Assembly (NCBI GenBank): GCA_963749495.1
Contig: CAVVMW010000005.1
Span: 384,001-448,000, forward strand
Direction: 5' to 3'
Source: an uncultured bacterium
GTDB lineage: Bacteria; Verrucomicrobiota; Verrucomicrobiia; Limisphaerales; UBA8199
DNA length: 64,000 nucleotides
Shown one piece after another: positions 40,396 to 50,208 of this stretch (its first letter is position 1; each line of letters begins with the position of its first letter). The translations under genes and the position numbers were made by a program. The notes below the pieces were generated by a model. It had not been told where the DNA came from. It worked only from the letters and a program-made list of their open reading frames with translations, and searched no databases.

Positions 40396-41680
40396 ATGAA
40401 AATGACGCCCTCGTTCGCTCGCTTCCTGTGTCTGGCATTCTCGGTGTGGGTCAGCGCCGCGCTTGGCCTGGCCGAGGAACCGGTGTTTCCCGTGAAGGTC
40501 AGCCCCAATGGGAGGTATTTCGTGGACCAGCGCGGCACGCCCGTTTTCTGGCTGGGCACCACTCAATGGCAGTTGTTCCGCGACTACACGCTCGAGGAGG
40601 CCACACTCATTATCGAGAGGAGCAAAGACAAGGGCTTTGTGTTTATCCAGGTCATGCTCATGGGAGTGGGTGACGGCACCAAGCCCAATGTGTATCACGA
40701 GAAACCGTGGCTCAACGATAATCCTCTCACGCCCAACGAGGCCTACTTCAAGAACGTCAATGCCGTCCTCCAAGCCGCCCGCCGGGAGGGCGTCAACATC
40801 TCCATGACCCTGTTTCATCAACGCTATCGCAAGGCCATCACGATGGATAACGCGCGCGCCTGGGCCAAATGGCTGGCGCAGCGGTACAAGGACTCTCCCA
40901 ACATCGTGTGGTCCATGACACCCGAGGCCAAGCCGGATTTCGTCCCCATCCTGCGCGAGTTGGCGGCGGGCCTCCGCGAGGGGGACGCCGCCGCGCACCT
41001 GATCACCTTCAAGCCCGATCCGGCGCCCTATTCCTCGAGCTTCATTCACGGGGAGCCTTGGCTCGATTTCGACTCGATGCAAACCTGGAAGAGCGTCGAA
41101 CTGATTTATCCCATGGTGACCAAGGACTACAACCTCCTGCCGGTCAAGCCGGTCTTGATGGCCGAAGGGGCCTACGAGCAAGGCTCCGAGTACCGGCTTC
41201 GAGGTGACCCCGCTCTGGATTCGGCGCCAGGCCTATTACTCCTACCTGTGCGGCGGCCATCACACCTACGGCCACAACGACAGTTGGCGCGTCCTGCCCA
41301 CCTGGAAAAAGGCGCTCGACGCCCCCGGCGCCGTGCAGATGCGCATCCTCAAGAAGACCTTCGAGGGCCTCCCCGAGTGGTGGTTCCTGGTCCCGGACCA
41401 ATCCATCTTCGCCCAGGGCGCCCACACCACCGGCCAGGTCCTCAACCTCGCCGCCCGGCACAAGGACGGCCGCTGGCTCATGGCCTACCTGGGCAGCAAG
41501 TCCTCTTTTTCCATTGCCCTGGACAAGCTGGCCGCCGGCGCCAAGGCCAAGGCATTCTGGATCAACCCCGCCACCGGCGGTTCCGTGCCCGCCGGCACGT
41601 TCTCCGACCGCTCGGACCGGTCCTTCTCCACACCCGAGCCATGGGAAGACGCCCTGCTGGTGGTCGAGCCCGAGACGTAG
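40396..41680 (+). CDS. Secreted DUF4038 / GH140 apiosidase-like protein, frameshift near 41195
   Basis: Signal peptide, VSPNGRYFVD..GTPVFWLG.T.W, WLDF..MQT, KPVLMAEGAYE, GHHTYG, C-terminal AFWINPATG. Confidence 0.82.
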
Positions 41681-41693
41681 CGCAGGGGAGTTC

Positions 41694-41908
41694 GCGTCGC
41701 GTAGCGACGCCCTGAAGGTAGCCGTGGACTTCCAGTCCACGGTCTGACGAGTTGGAGGGGCCGCGCGTCGCGTAGCGACGCCTGAGGGCCTCCCGCAGGC
41801 CAAGTTGATGGCTCGTTTCAGGCGTCGCTAACGCGACGCCAGAGGGCTTGGGCCTCTGGTCCGTGGACTGGAAGTCCACGGCTACCATCAGGCACCGCTA
41901 CGCGGTGC
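41694..41908. repeat. GTAG-type REP cluster (A-B-A ... A'-B'-A')
   Basis: A = GCGTCGCGTAGCGACGC; B = GTAGCCGTGGACTTCCAGTCCACGG; inverted copies in the right half. Confidence 0.85.
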
Positions 41909-41961
41909 AGGCTTGCACCCGCGGCGCCGGTCGGTTTCAATGGGCGCACCACAGCAACGTT

Positions 41962-42852
41962 ATGGCACGTATGAAAAGAATTACTGTTTTTCCGGCGCTG
42001 GCCCTGGCGGTCCTGGTCGCGGGCGGGGCGCTCCGGGCGCAAGGGCAGCCGCTGGATCTGCGCCTGCGCAGCCTCAAGGAAACCGCGCCCGGCGGCGGCC
42101 AATGGCAGAGCGTCGAGACGCCCGCACAATGGGCGCCGGCCGGAACGGCGGCGGTGATCTGCGACATGTGGGACAAGCATTGGTGCCGTGGGGCCTCGGC
42201 GCGCGTGGCGGAGATGGCTCCGCGCATGGACCGCCTGGTGGCCGAACTGCGCCGCCGCGGCGTGCTCATCATCCATTGTCCCAGCGGGACCATGCAGTTT
42301 TACGAGGACACAGCCGCACGCAAGCTGGCGCAGGCGGCGCCCAAGGCCAGCCCGAGGGTCCCGCTCCAAGGCTGGTGCAACCTCGATCCGAAACGCGAAC
42401 CGCCCCTGCCCATCGATGATGCGGACGGCGGCTGCGATGACCAACCCCCCTGCCAGACCGGCTCGCCCTGGCGCCGCCAGATAGCCGACCTCCAAATCCG
42501 CGAGGGCGACGCCATCACCGACAGCGCCGAGGCCTATAACCTGATGCGCCAGCGCGGCATCACCAACGTCATCGTCATGGGCGTCCACCAGAACATGTGC
42601 GTCCTGGGCCGCCCTTTTTCCATCCGCCAATTGGTCTATCAGGGCCAGAACGTCGTCCTGGTCCGCGATATGACCGACAGCATGTACAATTCCCGCAGCC
42701 GCCCGCGCGTGGACCACTTCACCGGCAACGACCTTGTCACCTGGCACATCGAGAAGTACTGGTGCCCCACCATCACGAGCGACCAGGTCATCGGGGGCGA
42801 GCCGTTCCGGTTTGCAGCGGACACCAAAGCGCCGCGGGCCTTCCATAATTGA
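41962..42852 (+). CDS. Secreted isochorismatase / cysteine-hydrolase-fold protein
   Basis: Signal peptide, TAAVICDMWD.HWC, IIHCPS, MGVHQNMCVLGRPF. Confidence 0.82.
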   Translation: MARMKRITVFPALALAVLVAGGALRAQGQPLDLRLRSLKETAPGGGQWQSVETPAQWAPAGTAAVICDMWDKHWCRGASARVAEMAPRMDRLVAELRRRGVLIIHCPSGTMQFYEDTAARKLAQAAPKASPRVPLQGWCNLDPKREPPLPIDDADGGCDDQPPCQTGSPWRRQIADLQIREGDAITDSAEAYNLMRQRGITNVIVMGVHQNMCVLGRPFSIRQLVYQGQNVVLVRDMTDSMYNSRSRPRVDHFTGNDLVTWHIEKYWCPTITSDQVIGGEPFRFAADTKAPRAFHN

Positions 42853-42919
42853 TTGACAACCCCGGGCGCTCTTGGTGTGCTCTCCACCCACCTTGTAGCC
42901 CTATGAACGGCAACCAAGA

Positions 42920-42959
42920 AACGTGATGTGTGAAACGTGAAACGTGAAACGTGAAACGT
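42920..42959. repeat. Heptamer array (GTGAAAC)n
   Basis: About 4 perfect units plus one degenerate unit. Confidence 0.85.
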
Positions 42960-42980
42960 ATTGACACACGTCATAGCCCC

Positions 42981-44686
42981 ATGAACAGCAACCACACTAG
43001 CGGCCCTGTGGGAATCGAACGCAAGGCGCCTCTACCCGGGGCGGCGGCCGACTGCGCCGGACTTCGGATGATTTCCGTGTCTTTGTCGCGACCTTTGTCG
43101 CGACCTTTGTCGAATTGGGCCGGTTTTCGACAAAGGTTGCGACAAAGGTTGCGACAAAGGGCGGCGAAGGCGCTGGGTTTGGCCCTGGGGTGGGCCGTGG
43201 CCGGCGGCCAGGCCGCCGTGCTCTACGTGGACCCGAGCGCCGCCAACCCCTCGGCTCCCTACACGAATTGGGCGAGTGCCGCCGCCCGCATCCAGGACGC
43301 GCTGGATGCGGCCAGGGCGCTGGACCATGTCCTGGTCACCAACGGGGTTTATGCCGCCGGCAGCCGGGGCAGCTATCGCCTGCGGGTGGACAAGCCGGTC
43401 CAGGTGTCGAGCGTCAACGGGCCGGGGTTTACCGTCGTTGACGGCGGCGGCGGCGGGGGCTGCATCTACCTGGCCGACGGGTCGGGGTTGGCCGGGTTCA
43501 CCTTGACCAACGGCACGGTGGGGGTCTTCTGCCAATCGACCAACGCCGTGATCACCAACTGCGTCATCGCGGGCAATGCCGGCAGCGGCGGCACCGGGTC
43601 GGGGGCGCACGGGGGGACCTTGTACAACTGCACCCTGAGCGGGAACCGGGGTGACGCCGCGGCCGGGGCGGCGTTTGGCGTCCTCAACTACTGCACGCTC
43701 AGCGACAATACGTGCTTCGGGTCCGGGGGCGGGGCTTACCAATGCACGCTCAACTATTGCACGCTGAGCGGCAACCGGAGCGATTATCGCGCGGGAGGCC
43801 CCATCGGCGAGGGCGGCGGGGCTTACGGGTGTACGCTCAACTACTGCACGCTGAACGGCAACTGCGCTTTTTATGCCGGCGGCGGCGCCTCCTCCAGCAC
43901 GCTCAACAACTGCGTCCTGACGGACAATGTCACCGCCGGGGCCGGGGCCGGCGCCAGCGACAGCACCCTGAACAATTGCACGGTGGCGTCCAACGTGGCC
44001 GGCCAGGGTGGTGGCGGCGCCTATAACAGCACCGCCTACAACTCCATCCTCTGGTTCAACACACCCTGGGATTATGACCCGCTCACAACCACTTTGAACT
44101 ATTGCTCCGCCCAGCTCTGGCCCCATGCCGGCGTCGGCAATGTTCCCGGCTTCGACCCACAGTTCGTCAACCTGGCGGGCGGCAACCTGCGCCTCAAGCC
44201 CACCTCCCCCTGCATCAACTCGGGCAACAACGCCTATGCCCCCGGCCCCACGGACATGGACGGCAACCCGCGCATCGTTGGGGGCACCGTCGACATCGGC
44301 GCCTACGAGTACCAGGGCCCGGGTCCTGCATCTCTTATTATTGGCTGCAGCAATACGGCCTGCCCACCGACGGCTCGGCCGATTTCGCCGACCCGGACCA
44401 CGACGGGATGAACAACTGGCAGGAATGGCGCTGCGGCACCAACCCGACCAACGCCCAGTCTGTCCTCAAGCTCCTGCCTCCGATCGGCGACGGCACCAAT
44501 ATGGTTGTGAGCTGGCAGAGCGTCCCGGGCATCAGCTATTGCCTGGAGCGGTGCGCGAACCTGGCCTCCGGCATCTTCACCCGCGTGGCCGCGAACATCC
44601 CGGGCTCTGCGAACACCACCTCGTTCACGGACACCAACGCGGCCCCGGGCGCGGGGTTCTTCTACCGCGTCGTCGTAGGGGAGTGA
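42981..44686 (+). CDS. Secreted beta-helix, choice-of-anchor-Q-like protein with DxDxDG repeat and C-terminal FYR domain; frameshift near 44325
   Basis: IQDALDAA, repeated LNYCTLSGN, SPCINSG, DMDGNPRIVGGTVDIGAYEY, DPDHDGMNNWQEW..GTNP, FFYRVVVGE. Confidence 0.82.
43079..43160. repeat. Family-Z inverted 12-mer triplet element
   Basis: (ACCTTTGTCGCG)x3 ... (TTGCGACAAAGG)x3. Confidence 0.88.
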
Positions 44687-44694
44687 GGGGGAAA

Positions 44695-44807
44695 ATGACG
44701 AATGACGAATGACGAATGACGAATGACGAATGACGAAAACGCCCTCTGCGGCGGGTTCGCCTTTTGTGAATTCCCATTCGTCATTCGTCATTCGTCATTC
44801 GTCATTC
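44695..44807. repeat. Inverted heptamer arrays (ATGACGA)x6 ... (CATTCGT)x4 between convergent genes
   Basis: Read directly from the sequence. Confidence 0.92.
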
Positions 44808-44809
44808 CT

Positions 44810-46186
44810 TCATCGCCCGCGCAGCCCTGCCACCAAGGCGGTGGCGCGGTTGACCAGGAGGTCTTCGATGCTGGTGCGGAATGGGCCGTAGAGGCCGTAA
44901 TAGACGAGGGAGGAGTCGGCTTCATAGCCCCCTTCCTTGAGGATGCGCACGGAGGGGATATAGCAGGGGATTTCGTAAGCATAGCCGATCATCCAGGGAT
45001 GGTCCTGGGCCAGGAGGCGCTTGAGGCGCTTGGAGTAGTCCACCACCACCTCGCCGCCCATGAGGACAAAGGTCACGTCGTCGCCAATCCGCACGGCGGC
45101 CACCGGCAGTTTCAAGGAGCGCGGGCACGGTTGGCCGGCGTCGAGCAGTTTCAGATAGAGCTGCGCGCGCTGCTTGACGGGAAGGTCGGCGCTCTGGGCG
45201 TCCTTTTCCATCTGCTGGCGCGAGGGGGGCTCGGCCAGGGGCAGTTCCACCTCGTCGTAGGCCATCTTGAAGGCGCCGCGCACCGGGCGCATCGGGCGGT
45301 CCAGGACGCCGATGACGGCGCCGGCCATTTCGAGGCCGTGGCGTTTGGCGTCGAGCAATTGGCCGCGCGGCAACGGGTTGGAGTCGGCCCCCATGCCGGT
45401 CAAGTAAAGGGCCAAAGCCCCGGGCTGGTTGGCCTCCAGGAGTTGGCAGGCATAGCCCATCCAATCCCCGGAGACCTCGTACCAGTCGTCGCCGTTCTGG
45501 ACGCTGGTGCCGTGGCAGGCATAGCCGAAGATGATGGCGCGCGCGGCGCCGTCGGTGCCTTTGATGCGGAGCACGGGGACTTCCCAGTCCGCCGGGGCGT
45601 CGGGGTTCTCCCCGAAGTCCATCCTGTCGCCATGATAGACCCGGCGGTTCATGGCGAAGGTGGCGCGTCCCATCCCCCACTCGATGAGCGCCGGCTTCAG
45701 GTCGGCCAGGGCCGCGCCCACGACCTCGACCAGCCTGGACTGCAACAGGCGGCTGTATTTCTCGATGGCTCCCTGATCGCTGTCCGGCGCGGCCGGCATC
45801 CCCTCGAGCGTCCCGGCCAGAACCGGCGCAGAGTGGGTGTGGCTGGAGATCACCGCCACCGTTCCGCGCTCCAGGTGGAGCGTGTCGGTCAGTTCCTTGA
45901 GGACCGGCGCCATAAAGGCATGGCTCACCTCGCAGTTGTCCAGCGCCACGAACACAAAACGCTCGCCGGGACCATTCCGCAAGGCCATCGCCCGGACGCG
46001 CAACGGCAGGTCCACCTTGTCGGCCGGGCGCTTGCGCGCCGCGTAGCCGGCCAGGCGAATGGGCAGTTCGGGAGTGATATCGCGCGACGCCAGGCCGATT
46101 TCCAGGGCCGGCGTTTCCGCGCCCGGCGCCGGCAAAATGGCGCCGGCAAGAAACACGCTCAGGAAGCAGATCGAGGAAGTTTTCAT
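44810..46186 (-). CDS. Secreted neutral/alkaline ceramidase N-terminal-domain-like protein
   Basis: Signal peptide, DITP...LAGY, SHTHSAP, GYACHGT, GGEVV..Y, CYIPS...GGYE. Confidence 0.8.
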   Translation of the reverse strand: MKTSSICFLSVFLAGAILPAPGAETPALEIGLASRDITPELPIRLAGYAARKRPADKVDLPLRVRAMALRNGPGERFVFVALDNCEVSHAFMAPVLKELTDTLHLERGTVAVISSHTHSAPVLAGTLEGMPAAPDSDQGAIEKYSRLLQSRLVEVVGAALADLKPALIEWGMGRATFAMNRRVYHGDRMDFGENPDAPADWEVPVLRIKGTDGAARAIIFGYACHGTSVQNGDDWYEVSGDWMGYACQLLEANQPGALALYLTGMGADSNPLPRGQLLDAKRHGLEMAGAVIGVLDRPMRPVRGAFKMAYDEVELPLAEPPSRQQMEKDAQSADLPVKQRAQLYLKLLDAGQPCPRSLKLPVAAVRIGDDVTFVLMGGEVVVDYSKRLKRLLAQDHPWMIGYAYEIPCYIPSVRILKEGGYEADSSLVYYGLYGPFRTSIEDLLVNRATALVAGLRGR

Positions 46187-46236
46187 TCAGACTCCTTGTA
46201 ATGCGCCTTGTGGCGTCCTGTCAAGATCATGGGGGG

Positions 46237-46395
46237 GGCAAAATCATTGTTGGCAAAATCATTTTTGGCAGAATCATGCGGAGAAAGTCATTCGCCATTC
46301 GTCATTCGCCGCACCCCAATCCCGACCCAACATTCCCACCGGAACACTCCGCACTCCGCACTCCGCACTCCGCATTCAGTCCATTCGTCATTCGC
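46237..46395. repeat. Mixed short tandem repeats: 15-mer x3 (GGCAAAATCAT core), (CATTCGY)n, (CACTCCG)x4
   Basis: Read directly from the sequence. Confidence 0.8.
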
Positions 46396-47063
46396 CGCTT
46401 TGCGGCGGCCACCAAGCGATCGGCCAGTCGGGTCGGCTCCGGCAGGCGGTATTTGAGGGCGCATTCGAGGACCAGGTCCTCGGCGGCGGGCAGGTCGATG
46501 CAATGGCCGATGCTCACGTAGAGCGGTTTGACGCCGGTCTGGGTGCGGAGCACGGTGCCGATGATCTCACCCTTGTCCCGGAGCGGGGCGCGGCCGCCGC
46601 GCTGAAAGGGCGGTTCGGCGTCGGCGCCCACCAGCCGGCTCTTGGCGCACCCGACGGCGGGCAGGCCGCAGAGGAGGCCCAGGTGCGAGGCTATCCCAAA
46701 GCGACGCGGGTGGGCCAACCCTTGGCCGTCGCACATCAGCAGGTCCGGCGGTTGCCGCAGCTTGCGCAGCGCGGCCACCCAGGCGGGAATCTCGCGGAAG
46801 GAAAGCAGCCCGGGGATATAGGGGAAGTTGAGTCTGGCGCAGGCCGTGTGTGCCTCGATCACCCGCCGCTCGGCCAGGTCCCACAGCACGACCGCCGCAA
46901 GACAGAGCCGGCCGTCGGGCGAGAACGCCCCGTCCAGGCCCGCCACCAGACGAAACGCCTGCGCCGGCCTGGTCCTGGAGACCAGGCCGCTGAGCCGCCT
47001 CTGCACGGCGATGGCCTGCTTGGGGGTCAACCGCCACGAATGCGGCGCGCGCGGAACTTTCAT
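46302..47063 (-). CDS. nfi: Endonuclease V
   Basis: VAGLD, FPYIPGLLSFRE, DGQGLAHPRRFGIASHLG, GCAKS, LYVSIGH, YRLPEPTRLAD. Confidence 0.95.
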   Translation of the reverse strand: MKVPRAPHSWRLTPKQAIAVQRRLSGLVSRTRPAQAFRLVAGLDGAFSPDGRLCLAAVVLWDLAERRVIEAHTACARLNFPYIPGLLSFREIPAWVAALRKLRQPPDLLMCDGQGLAHPRRFGIASHLGLLCGLPAVGCAKSRLVGADAEPPFQRGGRAPLRDKGEIIGTVLRTQTGVKPLYVSIGHCIDLPAAEDLVLECALKYRLPEPTRLADRLVAAAKRRMTNGLNAECGVRSAECSGGNVGSGLGCGE

Positions 47064-47064
47064 A

Positions 47065-47214
47065 GTAACTGTTCAGGTGTGGGGCAGACCTCTGGTCTGC
47101 CGGCTCACGGAGCCTCCGGCTCCGTGTCCCTTCCAGTTGCGGGGCTCGGGGCCAGAGGCCCCTCCAACCGGCAGACCGGAGGTCTGCCCCACGCGTCCCC
47201 ACCTGAACAGTTGC
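47065..47214. mobile_element. MITE, 150 bp, with G(T/C)AACTGTTCAGGTG ends, internal REP-like hairpins and an 8-bp near-perfect TSD
   Basis: GTAACTGTTCAGGTG...CACCTGAACAGTTGC; flanks CTTTCATA (47057-47064) and CTTTCACA (47215-47222). Confidence 0.8.
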
Positions 47215-47217
47215 CTT

Positions 47218-48179
47218 TCACATTGCCTGCTGGGCCACGGCCTTCATTTTGGCCAACCCTGTCCGGGCGACCTCCAGGGGGTCTTTGGCCCAGTAATCGC
47301 GGTTGAACAGTTCGAGGGACAGGACCTTCTGTCCACCGCCCTTGCAGAGGGCGCGGAGGATGTCGGCCATCGGCGCGGTGCCGTCTCCGGGGAAGACGCG
47401 GTAGCTGTCATTGATCTTCTCCCGCGGCGGGTCGTTCGGGTAATCGTTCATGTGCAGGACCTGGATGGCCTGCGCGCCCAGCAATTGCATCCCGTGAAAT
47501 TCCGAACCGCCCTTGTAAAGGTGGAACACGTCCGCCAGCACGCAGGCCTTGGGATGCCCGGTCTCCATGGCAACGCCGACGCACTCACCGAGCCGGCCGA
47601 GGTTCCTGGAGGCGCCCCACAACTCGAGTTCGGGCACCACGCCCGCCTGGCCGCCCAGTTCGAGCAGCGCGCGGTAGCGCTCGGCCATCCTGGCCAGCTC
47701 GAGCCTGGGCAAATCGGTGGCGCCGGCCGGCGGGGCCGCCAGGCGCCGGGTGCCGATCTGGGCCATCATGTCCATCTCGCGCCGGACCCGCTCCAGGCCC
47801 TTGGCCCGCCGGGCCTCGTCCTCGACCAGCCATTCAGCGAAGCCGATGGCCCCCTCGACCGCCAGTCCCGCATCCGCTATCCGCCGGGCCAACTCCTTGA
47901 GGTCGCCGCCTTGGTTCACGTACTCCTGGACCGTGTCGATCCAGGGCTCGATTCCATCGTAGCCCGCTTCTGCCGCTATCTGGACCTCTTTGACAATCCC
48001 CAGCTTCTGTCCGCGGAGTGTCGCCATGTTCAGGGAAAAACGGAATGGCCGACTCGGGGGCGGCCCCGGGGCCTCAGCCGCCGCCCCAGCGCCCGCCAGC
48101 GGACGGCACAGGACCGCCCCGCCGGCCAGCAACCCCGCTCGAGTCATCGCCGCGCGTCGTGAGAGCTTGTGTGCATTCA
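47218..48179 (-). CDS. Tat-exported sugar phosphate isomerase/epimerase (xylose-isomerase-like TIM barrel)
   Basis: LSRRAAM Tat motif, GYDGIEPW, ELELWG, DVFH, HMND, RVFPGDG, SLELFN. Confidence 0.88.
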
Positions 48180-48300
48180 TGCCCTCTGCAATACCCAAAA
48201 TCGGCCCCGCTGGCCAGACCTGTTTGCACCGGGCACTCTGCGCCCGCGGCCAGGTCCCTTTGAGCGGCTGGCAAAATTAACCTGGAAGCTCCGATCCCAG

Positions 48301-48382
48301 ACCTTTGTCGCAACCTTTGTCGCCGCCTTTGTCGAGGCATGGCCAAGCCGACAAAGGTTGCGGCAAAGGTTGCGACAAAGGT
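48301..48382. repeat. Family-Z inverted 12-mer element
   Basis: ACCTTTGTCGCAACCTTTGTCG...CGACAAAGGTTGCGGCAAAGGTTGCGACAAAGGT. Confidence 0.85.
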
Positions 48383-48457
48383 CCGGACTCACGCTCCGCC
48401 TCCACCGCGACAAGAAACAGATTTGCGCGCGGAGCTTGGGACCTTAGACTGGCCCCG

Positions 48458-50059
48458 ATGTCGCAGATGTTGAAGTCATCCGGGGCCATGGCCGCCGCGA
48501 CGATGACCAGCCGGGTGCTGGGGATGGCGCGGGAGATGGTCTATGCCGCGTTCATGGGCACCACGGCGGTGGCCAGCGCGTTCATCCTGGCGTTCCAGGT
48601 GCCGAACCTTTTTCGGCGGTTGCTGGGCGAGGGGGCGTTGACGGCGGCGTTCATTCCCATTTTCAAGGCGAAGGAGGTCCAGGAGGGGGAGCAGGAGATG
48701 TGGCGGTGCTCCAACGCGGTGATATCGGGGCTGCTGGCAGCCGCCGCGGCGGTCACGGTCCTGGTGATGCTGGGGATTTCGCTGCTGCTGGCCTTCCGGC
48801 ATTGGGAGCCGGACCGGAGGCTGATGCTGGAGTTGCTGCGGCTGATGTTCCCTTATATGCTGCTGGTCTGCCTGGCGGCGGTGCTCATCGGCATGGCCAA
48901 CGCGCGCGGGCATTTCTTCATTCCCGCCCTGGGCGCGGCGGTCCTTAACGTCGTGATGATAGCGAGCGTGTTCTGGCTGGCGCCGCGGCTGGGCAAGGAC
49001 CTGGAGCACCGGATTTTTGGCCTGGCCATCGGGGTGCTGCTGGCGGGCCTGGCCCAGGCCTTGTTCCAGGTGCCCAGCCTCCTGCGCGAGGGCTTTCGCT
49101 TTAGATGGGTTTCACCCTGGCGCGACCCCACCGTCCATGAAGTCCTTCGCAAGATGCTCCCGGGGTCGCTCGGCGTGGCGGCCTTTCAGATCAACGTCCT
49201 GCTCACCGGGTGCTTTGCGTTCTGGTTCGACGAGTTGATTGTCTCGACGTTCAACTACTCGGTGCGGCTGATGGAGTTGCCGCAAGGCATGTTCGGCATC
49301 TCGCTGGCCACGTACCTGCTGCCGACGCTCTCCGGCCTGGCTGCCGCGAAGAAGTACCCCGAATTCCGCGAGACGCTCCAGCAGGGATTGACGGCCCTGG
49401 CATTCGCCAACCTGGTGGCCGCCGCCATCGCCCTGTCCCTGGCCGAGCCGATTGTGCGCTTGATCTTCGAGCGCGGCAAGTTCGGACCCAGCTCCACCCA
49501 CCGGACGGCCATTGCGCTGGCCTGCCTGGCCCCAGGTCTGCTGATGTTCTCGATGAATAACATCCTGGCCCGGGCCTTTTTCGCCCTCAAAGACATCAAG
49601 ACGCCCATGAAGATCGCCGTCTTGTGCCTGGGGCTCAACCTCCTGCTGTCCTTGGGCCTGGTGAAATACTTGCTGCACACGCACATCGGCGGCGAGGCGG
49701 GCCTGGCGGTGGCCAACACTCTGACCGCCGCGCTGAACACGGCGCTGCTGGGTTACGCCTTGCGCCGCAAGCTCAAATTCCTGGGCCTGGCCGCGCTGAA
49801 ACGGGCGGTGCCCGTGCTGCTGGGCGCGGCGCTTCTGGCCGGCGCCATCGCCGCCGCGCTGAGCTTACTTTGGGAACGGCGCCTCGGACACGCCACAATG
49901 CCGCTCAAGGTCGGGGCGGTCTTCGTGCCCGGCGCGGTCGCGGGCCTGGCCTACTGGCTGGCGGCCCTGGCGGGCAAAGTGCCCTCGGCCCTCGAAATCA
50001 CCGGCATGGTGCTCCACAGGCGGCGTCCGTCCCCGGAAGCAAGCCGCACCGGCCCGTAG
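48458..50059 (+). CDS. murJ: Lipid II flippase MurJ/MviN
   Basis: SRVLGMARE, PNLFRRLLGEGAL.AAFIP, RLMELPQG, FERGKF. Confidence 0.95.
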   Translation: MSQMLKSSGAMAAATMTSRVLGMAREMVYAAFMGTTAVASAFILAFQVPNLFRRLLGEGALTAAFIPIFKAKEVQEGEQEMWRCSNAVISGLLAAAAAVTVLVMLGISLLLAFRHWEPDRRLMLELLRLMFPYMLLVCLAAVLIGMANARGHFFIPALGAAVLNVVMIASVFWLAPRLGKDLEHRIFGLAIGVLLAGLAQALFQVPSLLREGFRFRWVSPWRDPTVHEVLRKMLPGSLGVAAFQINVLLTGCFAFWFDELIVSTFNYSVRLMELPQGMFGISLATYLLPTLSGLAAAKKYPEFRETLQQGLTALAFANLVAAAIALSLAEPIVRLIFERGKFGPSSTHRTAIALACLAPGLLMFSMNNILARAFFALKDIKTPMKIAVLCLGLNLLLSLGLVKYLLHTHIGGEAGLAVANTLTAALNTALLGYALRRKLKFLGLAALKRAVPVLLGAALLAGAIAAALSLLWERRLGHATMPLKVGAVFVPGAVAGLAYWLAALAGKVPSALEITGMVLHRRRPSPEASRTGP

Positions 50060-50208
50060 AGCCGTGAGCTGTCCGACGCGTCAGACGGGTCTCACGCGTC
50101 CGACTTCTTCGCGCGGGGTTGCGGTCATGACCCTTTTCCTATTTTCGGATTTTCGCCTTGTACCAATTCTTTCACAGCATCTGGGCAAACTTATTTTCCG
50201 CCACGCCC

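Noticed and set aside
2159..48162. Long antisense ORFs (e.g. 9152..10150, 29552..30502, 38760..40178, 44723..46201)
   Set aside because: Shadow frames of well-supported genes in GC-rich DNA; no recognisable motifs.
9146..50059. Long N-terminal extensions in the ORF track for hddA (to 10558), DegT (to 31770) and murJ (from 48305)
   Set aside because: They translate repeat elements or neighbouring genes; family-typical starts lie downstream.
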